NCBI GenBank assembly: GCA_964342485.1
Contig: CAYFFO010000004.1
Coordinates: 29,213-93,212, forward strand
Source: an uncultured Dehalococcoidia bacterium
GTDB lineage: Bacteria; Chloroflexota; Dehalococcoidia; Lucifugimonadales; CAJWER01
Reading direction: 5' to 3'
DNA length: 64,000 bases
The position numbers and the translations under genes were made by a program. Below are positions 8,977-18,608 of the stretch, in pieces (position 1 is the stretch's first letter; each line of letters opens with the position of its first letter). Under the pieces are notes generated by a model. That model was given only the letters and a program-made list of their open reading frames with translations, was not told the origin of the DNA and searched no databases.

Positions 8977-9909
8977 CTAGGTATTTTCCAGGATTTTTTT
9001 TGCGATTTGTACATCCTTATCAATTTGATCTTTTAAATCTTCGATATTTACATATTTGACCTGGTCTCTAAGCCAACTGACAAATTCAAGTTTAAGTATT
9101 GATCCATAAATATCCGATTGCAGCCCTAGTATAAATGTTTCCACAGAATGAAGGTTATCGTCAAAAGTAGGACGATTGCCGATACTGGTAACAGACATAT
9201 ATTTACCTTTACTATTATCTAAGGTAGCAAAAGTAGCATATATGCCATCTCTAGGTACTAATATTTGATCTGATACTTCTATATTTGCCGTTGGAAATCC
9301 CAACTCTTTTCCAATACCAGCTCCCCGAACAATTTTGCCATGAATTGAGTAATTGTATCCTAACATCAAAGAAGCCCTTTCCATAGTGCCACATGATATG
9401 GCTTCCCTTATAGCGGTACTGGAAACAATCTTTTCATTACTATCAAATATCTGAGGAATCATCATGACAGAAAAACCAAGTTTCCTGCCTAAGTTCTTCA
9501 ACACGGAAATGGTCCCTTCTCTGTTGTGCCCCACTACAAAATCAGGGCCAACAACCAAAACTTTCATCTTGATAGTTTTTATCAATAGATTTACAAAAGA
9601 CTCGACTTTTAATTTCGACAATTCTGCATCAAAATCTACAGTGACAATATTTTCAAGCCCCAATCTTTTGATGCGATCTATTCTTTCCTCAACAGATATT
9701 AGATATCGCGTAACAAAATTTCGCCTCAGTACAGAGTTGGGGTGATTACGAAAAGTCATAACCACTGGTTCTAAATGAAGCCTTATACTCTCTTCTCCTA
9801 GTCTTTTAAGCAATGTTAAATGGCCAATATGAAGTCCGTCAAAAACTCCTATGGCTACTATAGATCCATCGCGAATATTGAGAGCTTGAAATTCTTCGAT
9901 TAAGGTCAT
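8977..9909 (-). CDS. ribF: Bifunctional riboflavin kinase / FMN adenylyltransferase
   Basis: GVFDGLHIGH nucleotidyltransferase motif at the N-terminus. The C-terminal riboflavin kinase domain has GFPTANI and GNRPTF. Confidence 0.93.
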   Translation of the reverse strand: MTLIEEFQALNIRDGSIVAIGVFDGLHIGHLTLLKRLGEESIRLHLEPVVMTFRNHPNSVLRRNFVTRYLISVEERIDRIKRLGLENIVTVDFDAELSKLKVESFVNLLIKTIKMKVLVVGPDFVVGHNREGTISVLKNLGRKLGFSVMMIPQIFDSNEKIVSSTAIREAISCGTMERASLMLGYNYSIHGKIVRGAGIGKELGFPTANIEVSDQILVPRDGIYATFATLDNSKGKYMSVTSIGNRPTFDDNLHSVETFILGLQSDIYGSILKLEFVSWLRDQVKYVNIEDLKDQIDKDVQIAKKILENT

Positions 9910-10004
9910 ATATAACCTTCAAGATGTGCTAAATAAATATAGCTCCTATACTTATTTCTATAATTGAGATTTCCTCAATAATAAAGCTATGACTAGGATG
10001 ATTG

Positions 10005-11207
10005 CTATGATTTTTCTTCTTGAATATCAATCTTTGTCTTTAAAATAAGGCTTGCAGGGAGAATTACTAATGTGCTGAGTCCCATTAACATTATTGTCTT
10101 ACGTATATTGAAAATATCAGCTACTATACCAAATAAAATAGGAGCCAGGGTGCCTCCTGATTCTGTAATCGTGTAATAGTACCCGTATCCTACTGAGCGA
10201 TTCTTTGAAGTTATAAACAAAGACACCAATGAATACAGTACAGAAGAAGTTCCATTCAAACCTATCCCTAAAACAAACATCAAAGGGATAAGGAGAGCGC
10301 TAGGAACAAACAGTGTGTAAACAAGTAGTACCGCAGTGATAAACTTAGTCGCCCAAATCAAAAACATTGATCCATATCTATCATCAAGCCATCCACAAAG
10401 AAACTTGCCTAATGCTCCACCGGCTAGCAGGAAGGTCAGCATAATAAATATTTGATTATCCACTAATCCTTTGTCTTTGAGAATAAATGGTAAAAATGCT
10501 AACGCAGCAGACCGAATTCCAGAATCAATAAATCCGATAGACCCTATTGTTCCGAAAGAAGCTAAATCCGTTTTCTCTCGTTTATCTATATTTACATCCT
10601 GAAACTCGTTTCTAACATCCCCTCCTAATTTAATCCAAGGCCGAATAGTTGCCAAAACCACCATATTAACCAAACCAAAAAGTCCAACGATGCGTAGAGT
10701 CCCCCTCCATCCAAAGCGTGCAACACACAAAAGAGAAAGCAGAGGAGCGAGTAGTTTACCGATATCCCCAGCAAAATTTACAAATCCAACAGCTGTAGAC
10801 CTTCCATTTGAATCATATATTTTTGATACCAAGCTAGTTGCCAATGGATGTTGTGTGCCACCACCAAAACCAGCCACCAAAGCTAGTAATAATAGTAAGA
10901 AATACCCAGAGGTAAGGGCCATGCCTATAAGACCAATTCCAACCCATACATTCCCAAATATCAATAACCAAAACTCACCAAACTTTGTGGCAAGGTAACC
11001 TGCAGGTATCTGCAGAACAACTGAAGATGCAGCATACACAGACTTGAATAACCCAGCCTCTGTATAAGACAAAAGTAGATCAGGGTCAGATTGTATCAAA
11101 GGAAGTAAAGGCACAATTATCACAAAAAACAGATCGCTCCAAATGTGTGTCATGGAAGCAAATATAAGAGTATTACGTCGTTTTCCCGTACCACCACTTG
11201 AATTCAT
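10005..11207 (-). CDS. MFS transporter (Fsr-like subfamily, inferred)
   Basis: 400 aa with about 12 hydrophobic segments. The GGGTQHPLATSLVS and NFAGDIGKLLAPLL motifs resemble the FHPE/GGNxGxxxGP motifs of Fsr-type MFS. It is a paralog of ORF 43403-44647. Confidence 0.8.
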   Translation of the reverse strand: MNSSGGTGKRRNTLIFASMTHIWSDLFFVIIVPLLPLIQSDPDLLLSYTEAGLFKSVYAASSVVLQIPAGYLATKFGEFWLLIFGNVWVGIGLIGMALTSGYFLLLLLALVAGFGGGTQHPLATSLVSKIYDSNGRSTAVGFVNFAGDIGKLLAPLLSLLCVARFGWRGTLRIVGLFGLVNMVVLATIRPWIKLGGDVRNEFQDVNIDKREKTDLASFGTIGSIGFIDSGIRSAALAFLPFILKDKGLVDNQIFIMLTFLLAGGALGKFLCGWLDDRYGSMFLIWATKFITAVLLVYTLFVPSALLIPLMFVLGIGLNGTSSVLYSLVSLFITSKNRSVGYGYYYTITESGGTLAPILFGIVADIFNIRKTIMLMGLSTLVILPASLILKTKIDIQEEKS

Positions 11208-11334
11208 AATTCTTCCAATAAGCGATCTTAATGGCCCAGTTGTATATCAAATATTTCGTTTAGTCACACGAATATTCGATACGATAACCTCTTAATTTGA
11301 TTAATAAGAAGCATAATTTATACATGAGTTGAAT

Positions 11335-12402
11335 TTATTTTAATTTTTTATAGGAATAGTTAATCAAATCTTCTGTCTGGCTCCAATCGACACAAGCATC
11401 GGTAATTGACATACCATATTCCAGATTAGATGGATCATCTCCTAAATCCTGTTTTCCCGCTTTAAGGTGACTTTCCACCATTACGCCAACTATATTCTTA
11501 TTCCCCTCTATCCTCTGGCCAATTACATCTTTGAAAACCAAGGGTTGTCTAGTGTGGTCTTTATTTGAATTTGCATGAGAACAATCTACTATAAGCGAGG
11601 GATAAAGATTATTATCTTTAAGCATCTGAACAGCAATAGACACTGATTCCGCATTATAATTAGGCCCATCTTTGCCACCACGCAAAACAAGATGTCCGGA
11701 CATATTTCCATTTGTTTTAACAATAGATGCAAGTCCGTTGTCATCTATACCAAGAAAAACATGTTTTGATCTAGCAGCCAATATTGCATCCACTGCTATT
11801 TGAATACTGCCACCTGTTCCATTTTTAAATCCTATTGGCATACTAAGACCGCTAGCAATCAATCTATGAGGTTGGCTTTCAGTAGTTCTGGCACCAATAG
11901 CACCCCACGACACCAAATCCCCTAAATATTGTGGTGTGAACGGCTCAAGCCATTCTGTGGCGGTAGGAAGACCTAGTTCACATACTTCCATAAGAAATTT
12001 TCTGGCTTCCAATAACCCTCGAGAAACATCTTCTTTGCCATTAAGACTAGGATCATTTATAAAACCCTTCCAGCCCAATGTAGTCCTGGGTTTTTCAAAA
12101 TATACTCTCATAGCTATAAAGATCTTATCCTCTACCTTATTAGCTAATTCTCTCAACTTCAAAGCATATTCCAGCCCGGCTTTCGTATCGTGAATAGAAC
12201 AAGGTCCAACAATCATTACCATGCGATCATCAACCCCACTTATAATCTCTTCCATGCTCTTTCTATGGGATGCAATCTGACTGTCTATCAAAGTTGACGG
12301 AGGATAGCGATCCCAATATTTTGCGGGAGAATCTAGAGGGGTAATGCTATTTATTCTAAGATTTCTTGTTTCGGCTTTCTGTGTCATCCGTTCTTTTCTC
12401 AC
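11335..12402 (-). CDS. aroG: 3-deoxy-7-phosphoheptulonate (DAHP) synthase, class I (AroF/G/H type)
   Basis: 355 aa with GPCSIHD, KPRTTLGWKGFINDP and CSHANS motifs. Confidence 0.93.
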   Translation of the reverse strand: MRKERMTQKAETRNLRINSITPLDSPAKYWDRYPPSTLIDSQIASHRKSMEEIISGVDDRMVMIVGPCSIHDTKAGLEYALKLRELANKVEDKIFIAMRVYFEKPRTTLGWKGFINDPSLNGKEDVSRGLLEARKFLMEVCELGLPTATEWLEPFTPQYLGDLVSWGAIGARTTESQPHRLIASGLSMPIGFKNGTGGSIQIAVDAILAARSKHVFLGIDDNGLASIVKTNGNMSGHLVLRGGKDGPNYNAESVSIAVQMLKDNNLYPSLIVDCSHANSNKDHTRQPLVFKDVIGQRIEGNKNIVGVMVESHLKAGKQDLGDDPSNLEYGMSITDACVDWSQTEDLINYSYKKLK

Positions 12403-12482
12403 TTCCTTTAATTAGCAACACCTTGATATTATAATCGCACTTGTGACCGAGAGACTCACATTAGCCATTAAAACCAAGACAT

Positions 12483-12854
12483 TTAACTGTTCTCAACGCC
12501 TCTCTTTCGCAAAGTTACCGCTTCCTTCAAATATACAAACTTAATTTCTTTTTGGCTTTTTTCAGTATTAACCAACATTAATATTCTTATACATTTTTGC
12601 TGAGCACCAGGCACGTCCATTTCAATAGAATTAATTAGTGCTACATACTCCCAACCCAATTGTCTAGCTGCTAAAGGTGGAAACTCCGCTTGCAGATCAG
12701 GTGTAGTGGTAAAAAATATGGCAGTTATATCTCCTATATCGACATCATTACTTTCAACCATAGATGTCAACAATTCTCTTGTAGCTTCAATTATACCATT
12801 GCTGGTGTTAGAATCTGCTGTCGTAGCACCTCTAATTCCTCTAACAAAATTCAT
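12483..12854 (-). CDS. aroH: Chorismate mutase, AroH class
   Basis: 123 aa. The N-terminal RGIRGATT motif and overall size are typical of monofunctional AroH-type chorismate mutase. Confidence 0.85.
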   Translation of the reverse strand: MNFVRGIRGATTADSNTSNGIIEATRELLTSMVESNDVDIGDITAIFFTTTPDLQAEFPPLAARQLGWEYVALINSIEMDVPGAQQKCIRILMLVNTEKSQKEIKFVYLKEAVTLRKRGVENS

Positions 12855-12876
12855 TTGAACCTCTCAACATCCTGAA

Positions 12877-13671
12877 TCAAAGTAAAGTCGCTTTTTTCAT
12901 ATCAGAAACAAAATTACTAGCCGCCTCTACATTATTTTCATTTTTTTCCATAACATCTATGAGAGCGCTCCCAAATACTGCTCCATCAGCAAATTGCGAA
13001 ATTTCCCTGACATGTTGTGGCGTTGACACACCGAAGCCCACTAGAATTGGAAGATCAGTGTAACTACGAATTCTACTGACCAATTGTGCCACTCCAGAAT
13101 TCAAGTCTGACCGAGCACCAGTAACCCCAGTTACGCTAACGCAATATATAAAACCACATGCTTGAGAACATGCCTTTTTTATACGCTCATCAGTACTAGT
13201 AGGAGCTAAGAGAGGCACCAAATGCAATTCATTATCAAAACATATTTTAGCAAATATAGTCGATTCCTCTATTGGCAAATCAGCGACAATAAACCCGTCA
13301 ACACCTGCATCAACAGCTTGGTTAACAGCTTTACTAAGACCAAATTTCATCAATGTATTATAATATCCCATCAAAATTAACGGAACTTCACTGTTAGCTT
13401 GCCTTACTTTTCTTGCAACTTCTAAACAAGTTCCAAAATTCACTCCGCTTTGAAGCGAGCGCAAACTTGATCTCTGTATAGTAGGTCCTTCAGCCAAAGG
13501 ATCACTAAAAGGTATGCCTAGTTCAAGTAAATCGGCTCCGGCTTCAATAATTTCAGATGCAACTTCTATAGAAGTGCTGACCGTCGGAAATCCTACTGTG
13601 AGAAATGGAGCTAAAACAAATTGACCACTCTTTTTTGCTCTATTCAATTTAATATCAATTCTATTGGCCAC
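12877..13671 (-). CDS. trpA: Tryptophan synthase alpha chain
   Basis: 264 aa with a GTG start. ELGIPFSDPLAEGPTIQ contains the catalytic Glu/Asp, and GFGVSTPQHV occurs near the C-terminus. No trpB is adjacent. Confidence 0.93.
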   Translation of the reverse strand: MANRIDIKLNRAKKSGQFVLAPFLTVGFPTVSTSIEVASEIIEAGADLLELGIPFSDPLAEGPTIQRSSLRSLQSGVNFGTCLEVARKVRQANSEVPLILMGYYNTLMKFGLSKAVNQAVDAGVDGFIVADLPIEESTIFAKICFDNELHLVPLLAPTSTDERIKKACSQACGFIYCVSVTGVTGARSDLNSGVAQLVSRIRSYTDLPILVGFGVSTPQHVREISQFADGAVFGSALIDVMEKNENNVEAASNFVSDMKKATLL

Positions 13672-13750
13672 TTTTTAATTTTCCTATCATAAACAATAAG
13701 AAACTGTACTAATCTATATCCATTTTCTTAAATTCATTGAAAATTGCGCA

Positions 13751-13793
13751 CCCAAAACAACTATTTCTTAGCCTCAAAATATTCAAATAGTTG
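13751..13793 (-). terminator. Terminator/attenuator-like hairpin on the minus strand, 83 nt upstream of the trpA start
   Basis: The minus-strand transcript reads CAACTATTT-(18 nt loop)-AAATAGTTG followed by TTTTGGG. The arms lie at 13785-13793 and 13758-13766. The stem is AT-rich and therefore weak. Confidence 0.25.
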
Positions 13794-13894
13794 AAAACTA
13801 TCCATCCGAAGTTTAACATCAGCACAATATACTCATCAATCTACTGAGTTGATTTTCTAAGTTTCAATTTGATTATCACTTTTAATTTTAAGGG

Positions 13895-14173
13895 GTGTTT
13901 GACATGGACGATTCAAATGTTTCAATCAAAGGTGGTTTTGGAAGTAAACGTATATCATTGAAATGCGATCACCAAAACGGACTACTTTACAGTATACCCA
14001 GTGAAGCAAATTGGGTATGTGACGAAGATAGTATTTACATACATTCACTGGCCGGCTTTTTTAAAGAAATAACCGAGATTCAAAATGCGGATGTTACTAA
14101 ATTGATGCAAAGATGGGGCCTTTATTACCGAACGAAAAAAAATGAATCTACCAAGGATCTTAGCAAAGATTAA
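13895..14173 (+). CDS. Hypothetical small protein (92 aa)
   Basis: It is the only ORF in a 560-bp gap, with a GTG start preceded by AAGGGG. No family motif was recognised, so coding status is uncertain. Confidence 0.35.
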   Translation: MFDMDDSNVSIKGGFGSKRISLKCDHQNGLLYSIPSEANWVCDEDSIYIHSLAGFFKEITEIQNADVTKLMQRWGLYYRTKKNESTKDLSKD

Positions 14174-14234
14174 GAATTCTCGTCTTTACTATCTAATTAT
14201 TCATCATCACGATCAAGAACAAATTCTTTTCTGG

Positions 14235-15017
14235 CTACACCGATTCAGTAATATCATCATCCCAGTCTTGTATATCAATCTGAGTCTTGGCATTCTCTAA
14301 TGTGTCAAGCTCTTCAAATTCCTTTATTTCATCAACATAAGTGGCATTTATTGAAGAAAATTTTTCTGCTCTAGATAAAAACGAGATTTGATTCGACTGA
14401 GACGGATCCTGATATTGCTCCCTAATCATTATAACCAATTTGTTTTCTTCGATACTGGTGATAAGAGCATCATATTGGTTACCACCATTCATTAGACCTA
14501 TTAGCCTAGTGCCCAACCTACTTTCAACCTGGCCAAGATAAATTTTATCAGATCCATATACTAGTAAACTTCGTCCACTTACCTTTAAATCAACAAGTTG
14601 TCCGGGCATATGAGTAAATCTTTCCTCTACATTTCCGATATTCACCAAGGACGTTAGTGCAGATTTACCGCTTTCTTCAATGAATGAACTATGAGCTTTA
14701 ACTCCTGTAGTCACCGACATAGGAAGTTGGTCTTTAATTTGTTTCAAACGGTCATAATTTTTATTAGCGATTGAATTATTAGGATAATCACTTAGAACAT
14801 CTGCAAAAACACGTTTAGCTTTAGATGTCTGACCAAGCTCCATCAACGCTTTACCTAGGCGATTACGAGCATCTAAATCATTTGGAAATGAAGCAATTAT
14901 GAGTCTATTCAAAACCTCTGCTTCTTTCCATTTAGAATCCATGGCCAATCTAACGGCTTTCTTTTCGTTATCATTCTTTACTTTTTGTTGTTTTATAGAA
15001 TCTTGAACCAGTGTCAC
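14235..15017 (-). CDS. TPR-repeat protein with an uncharacterised C-terminal domain
   Basis: 260 aa. The N-terminal about 100 aa has TPR-like helices (WKEAEVLNRLIIASFPNDLDARNRLGKALMELGQTSKAKRVFADVLSDYPNN). The C-terminal about 150 aa is beta-rich and ends in an acidic tail. No family was recognised. Confidence 0.65.
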   Translation of the reverse strand: MTLVQDSIKQQKVKNDNEKKAVRLAMDSKWKEAEVLNRLIIASFPNDLDARNRLGKALMELGQTSKAKRVFADVLSDYPNNSIANKNYDRLKQIKDQLPMSVTTGVKAHSSFIEESGKSALTSLVNIGNVEERFTHMPGQLVDLKVSGRSLLVYGSDKIYLGQVESRLGTRLIGLMNGGNQYDALITSIEENKLVIMIREQYQDPSQSNQISFLSRAEKFSSINATYVDEIKEFEELDTLENAKTQIDIQDWDDDITESV

Positions 15018-15158
15018 AAATTAACCTCACTAAACTATATTTGCGGGCTGATTCTAGTAAACATATCCTATTTAATGCAAGCAGTTTTCTCATCCAAAAT
15101 TGACCAAATTTAGTCTAAGTTTTCAAGAAAACTATTTTGAACCTAAATTTGTACCTTT

Positions 15159-15893
15159 TCATAAAGAGTATTTCCTAAACAAATTAAATCCAACTATTTT
15201 TATGATTTCCAAAAACATTAATGCAGAATCTCTAAACAATCTAACTTTGCTGAACGGCTGATGATACCAATCGATTGGTATTTCTACGATGTTAAATCCT
15301 TTTTTGTTAGCTAAATACAAGATTTCCACATCAAATCCAAACCCGTTCAATTTAGATAAAGAAAACAAACTTTCGGCTACATCACCGGAGAAACATTTAA
15401 ACCCACATTGAGTGTCATCGAATCCTCTGACCACCAATAAGCTAACTACGAGATTAAAACATCTTCCGGCAATATGCCTACCAGATGGTTCTCCAAATCT
15501 ACGAGATCCTACAATCTGCCTGGATCCAATTACTACTTCTCTACCTGATTCCATTTCAATAATAAACCGATCCAGCTGCTCTATAGGCATAGAAAGATCG
15601 GCATCTGCCATAAATCGATACTTTCCTTTTGCTGACAATATACCAGTCCTCACTGCCCTTCCCTTCCCTCCATGTGAAATAGTTAATATCCTTATTGACA
15701 GGTAATCTTGATCAATAAATTGTTTAGCGATATCAAATGTCTTATCAGTACTACCATCGTTTACAATCAGAACCTCGGATGAAAAAGGTTGTTTTTTTAG
15801 ATAACCTACTATGGAATATAACGTGCTTTCTATACGTGCTGCCTCGTTATAAGCAGGAACAATTACTGACAGAAAAGGTTCATCCAAATTCAT
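15159..15893 (-). CDS. Family 2 glycosyltransferase (polyprenol-phosphate / dolichyl-phosphate glycosyltransferase-like)
   Basis: 244 aa with LSVIVPAYNEA, NDGSTD and DADL motifs of the GT-A fold GT2 family. Confidence 0.85.
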   Translation of the reverse strand: MNLDEPFLSVIVPAYNEAARIESTLYSIVGYLKKQPFSSEVLIVNDGSTDKTFDIAKQFIDQDYLSIRILTISHGGKGRAVRTGILSAKGKYRFMADADLSMPIEQLDRFIIEMESGREVVIGSRQIVGSRRFGEPSGRHIAGRCFNLVVSLLVVRGFDDTQCGFKCFSGDVAESLFSLSKLNGFGFDVEILYLANKKGFNIVEIPIDWYHQPFSKVRLFRDSALMFLEIIKIVGFNLFRKYSL

Positions 15894-15995
15894 TCTCCAT
15901 TATGAAAATGTAGAATACTAATAAAAGCAATTGTTTAAATTCCAACCCGAAAACTAGGGAAACATGACTAACATCTCTATTATTCGTAAACTATT

Positions 15996-17228
15996 TCAAC
16001 TATTTTTACCTAATTCAAAACAATCATGTAAAACTCTGGCTGCATCTTTGAGTCTTGTTTCTTCGATAACACACGTTATTCGTATTTCTGATGTAGTTAT
16101 CAATTCTATGTTTATTCCAGCATCCGCTAAAGCCTGAAATGTCCTTGCAGCATAACCAGGCACATTTTGCATCCCTGTACCAACTATACTAATCTTGGCT
16201 AGGTCAATCGAATTCGTTACCTCAAAAGCTCCTAATGTATTAGCTATTTCTTCAGTTACTGCAATTGCATTATCGATTTGTGATCTGTTTACAGTGAAAG
16301 TTAGATCACTTAATCCGTCAACACTAGTATTCTGTACAATTACATCCACACTAATATCAGCCTGTGACAATGTTGAAAAAACGGCTGCTTGAGCACCTGT
16401 ACCTTCTTTCAGACCCCTCACCGTTATCTTTCCAACATCTTTATCGGTAGCAATGGCTCTAACCCGATTCCTTATTTGCCCAACATTATTGTCCACAACA
16501 GACTCCTTATGTATTAGTGTTCCAGGACCATCGTCGAAACTAGACGTGACAAGTATTGGGACATTATAAACAAGTGCCATTTCTATAGCTTGCGGAGGAA
16601 ATTTGGCACCATAACTGGCAAGCTCCAACATTTCTTCAAATCCTATTTTTTTTAATCGACGTGTCCCTTTAACCATTCTAGGGTCTGCGGTATGGATTCC
16701 AGAAACATCAGTATAAATTTCACATCGTTCAGCGGATATCCCAGCAGCGATTGCAACCGCTGTAGTGTCAGAACCTCCTCTTTCAAGTGTGGTAATCTCC
16801 GTGTTTTCATTAATCCCTTGAAATCCGGCAACAATAACAACCTTACCAAGTTGAAGTTCTGTAAGAATTCTACCAGCCTTTACGGTAGATATTTTGGCTC
16901 CACGATGACGAGAATCTGTCAAAATACCTGCTTGCCCTCCACTAAGACTAACAGCAGCACACCCTAAAGAATGGAGTGCCATCGCCATTAAAGTAGCACT
17001 TTGTAGTTCTCCCGTAGATAGTAATACGTCAAGTTCTCTTGCCTGTGGTTGAGAAGATATTATTTCAGCCATGGCAATCAATTGATCAGTAGTATTACCC
17101 ATTGCTGAAACTACTACAACTACTCCTATACCTTTATCTCGGGTATCTACAATACGTCTAGCCACCCGTTTTATAGCATCTGGGTTCTCTAAAGAAGTTC
17201 CACCATATTTTTGCACAATTAAATTCAA
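15996..17228 (-). CDS. lysC: Aspartate kinase
   Basis: 410 aa. It starts with VQKYGGTSL, carries the amino-acid kinase core and ends in tandem ACT domains. Confidence 0.95.
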   Translation of the reverse strand: MNLIVQKYGGTSLENPDAIKRVARRIVDTRDKGIGVVVVVSAMGNTTDQLIAMAEIISSQPQARELDVLLSTGELQSATLMAMALHSLGCAAVSLSGGQAGILTDSRHRGAKISTVKAGRILTELQLGKVVIVAGFQGINENTEITTLERGGSDTTAVAIAAGISAERCEIYTDVSGIHTADPRMVKGTRRLKKIGFEEMLELASYGAKFPPQAIEMALVYNVPILVTSSFDDGPGTLIHKESVVDNNVGQIRNRVRAIATDKDVGKITVRGLKEGTGAQAAVFSTLSQADISVDVIVQNTSVDGLSDLTFTVNRSQIDNAIAVTEEIANTLGAFEVTNSIDLAKISIVGTGMQNVPGYAARTFQALADAGINIELITTSEIRITCVIEETRLKDAARVLHDCFELGKNS

Positions 17229-17230
17229 AA

Positions 17231-18139
17231 CTATTTGTTAATAACCTGTAAACTCGCGCCATATAAACTTGGTTGGGTAATTCTAATTTCACCATGAACA
17301 CCCGCTTTGGAAGCTGACTCCCTCATTTCATAACAAACTGTCATACCGCGGTCTTCGGATATTGCAATTACAGACGGGCCAGAACCAGAAATAAAAACAC
17401 AATCTGCGCCTGCACTCAATGCTCCTTTCATAACACTATTTATGCCTGGTAATAATGCAGCCCTATAATCTTGATGCAATCTATCCTGAGTGGCGATGCC
17501 CAAATGATCTATATCTCCCTGAGCCATTGAATTAACAAATAAACTGGCCCTACCAATGTTGAATTTAGCATCATCTAGTGTCACAGCCTCTGGCAAGCTA
17601 GATCTAGCTTCACTGGTTAATACGAGTTTATCTGGTATAAAAATAATTAACGATATCTTTTTCGGTATTGGAACTTGAGAAGTTACCCATTCTTGATTAC
17701 TAGAAACAACTATTTGTAACCCCCCTAATAAAGCTGGCCCAACATTATCAGCATGCCCCTCCATTTCTGCTGCTAATGTGAGGATTTCATCATGGCTTAG
17801 CCCTATTCCCGTAGCTTTATCCCCCGCTATTAACCCACTTACTATTGCTGCTGCGCTACTTCCTAAACCTCTGCCAACAGGAATTTCGTTTTTAGCCTTT
17901 ATGGAAACCGCCGGAACATCTCGTCCTATTATTTCAAATGGCTTAGCAAAACCTCGATAAAGTAAATTATTAAGATCCAGAACCAATTCGTTTTCACCTT
18001 CCCCGCTGATTGACAAATCTGAATGTCCTATCTCGAACGATGTTTCGTTCCAGATATCCAAAGCCAAACCGAGACAATCAAATCCCGGCCCAAGATTAGC
18101 AGTTGTAGCTGGTGCCCTTACACTAATTATTTCCTTCAT
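17231..18139 (-). CDS. thrB: Homoserine kinase
   Basis: 302 aa with GPGFDCLG and the GHMP kinase motif GRGLGSSAAA. It ends 2 nt upstream of lysC. Confidence 0.93.
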   Translation of the reverse strand: MKEIISVRAPATTANLGPGFDCLGLALDIWNETSFEIGHSDLSISGEGENELVLDLNNLLYRGFAKPFEIIGRDVPAVSIKAKNEIPVGRGLGSSAAAIVSGLIAGDKATGIGLSHDEILTLAAEMEGHADNVGPALLGGLQIVVSSNQEWVTSQVPIPKKISLIIFIPDKLVLTSEARSSLPEAVTLDDAKFNIGRASLFVNSMAQGDIDHLGIATQDRLHQDYRAALLPGINSVMKGALSAGADCVFISGSGPSVIAISEDRGMTVCYEMRESASKAGVHGEIRITQPSLYGASLQVINK

Positions 18140-18608
18140 TACTTACCCAAAACATTCTTTAAGTGATAATTTAATATTAGTCCAATTAACATTTTAGTAA
18201 TTAATAAGTCTTGAATTGACGCTAAAGGTTTCTTATAAAGACCTCTGCAGTCCAAATTTAAATCTATTTTACCAAATAGTGAAATTAAGATTTGATTTAT
18301 GTTGACTTCATTGGTGTTTTTTATTTTTTGTATTCCCAATGATTTACTATCTTATGGATAAGACAGAAACATAAAACCGTTATAAATTGGTAACATACCT
18401 ATCCATCTAAATCCAATTCAAAGAGTACAGTTGTTGTGACATATAAATGAAACTTGTATGCCCCCATTCTTTGTCGCTTGAATAAATCAACTTAACCTAG
18501 TTTTGATATCAACCCCGTGTTAATAGAAATTCGGTGCCGTTATATTAAACAAAAAAAGTTTATGATATAAATTGAGATTTATTACCTGACCTTATCAGAA
18601 AGAATAAT

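Noticed and set aside
13672-13894. Trp-codon leader peptide (classical trp attenuation) upstream of trpA.
   Set aside because: The small minus-strand ORFs in the leader contain at most one Trp codon and no tandem Trp. Only the hairpin itself is reported, at low confidence.
18139-18339. 66-aa ORF (minus) abutting the thrB start, and the 61-aa ORF 57308-57493 upstream of ilvD.
   Set aside because: They have no SD-like sequence and no motif, sit in extremely AT-rich regions where random ORFs are expected, and are better treated as promoter/5' UTR sequence. No branched-chain leader-peptide pattern occurs in the ilvD-proximal ORF.
18340-18420. Possible oriC: a DnaA-box-like TTATCCATA (reverse complement of 18351-18359) and a weaker CTATCCATC nearby, in a large AT-rich intergenic region.
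   Set aside because: There are only one near-consensus box and one poor box. There is no dnaA/dnaN or other origin-linked gene, and no cluster of boxes or AT-rich 13-mers. A chance occurrence in AT-rich DNA is more likely.
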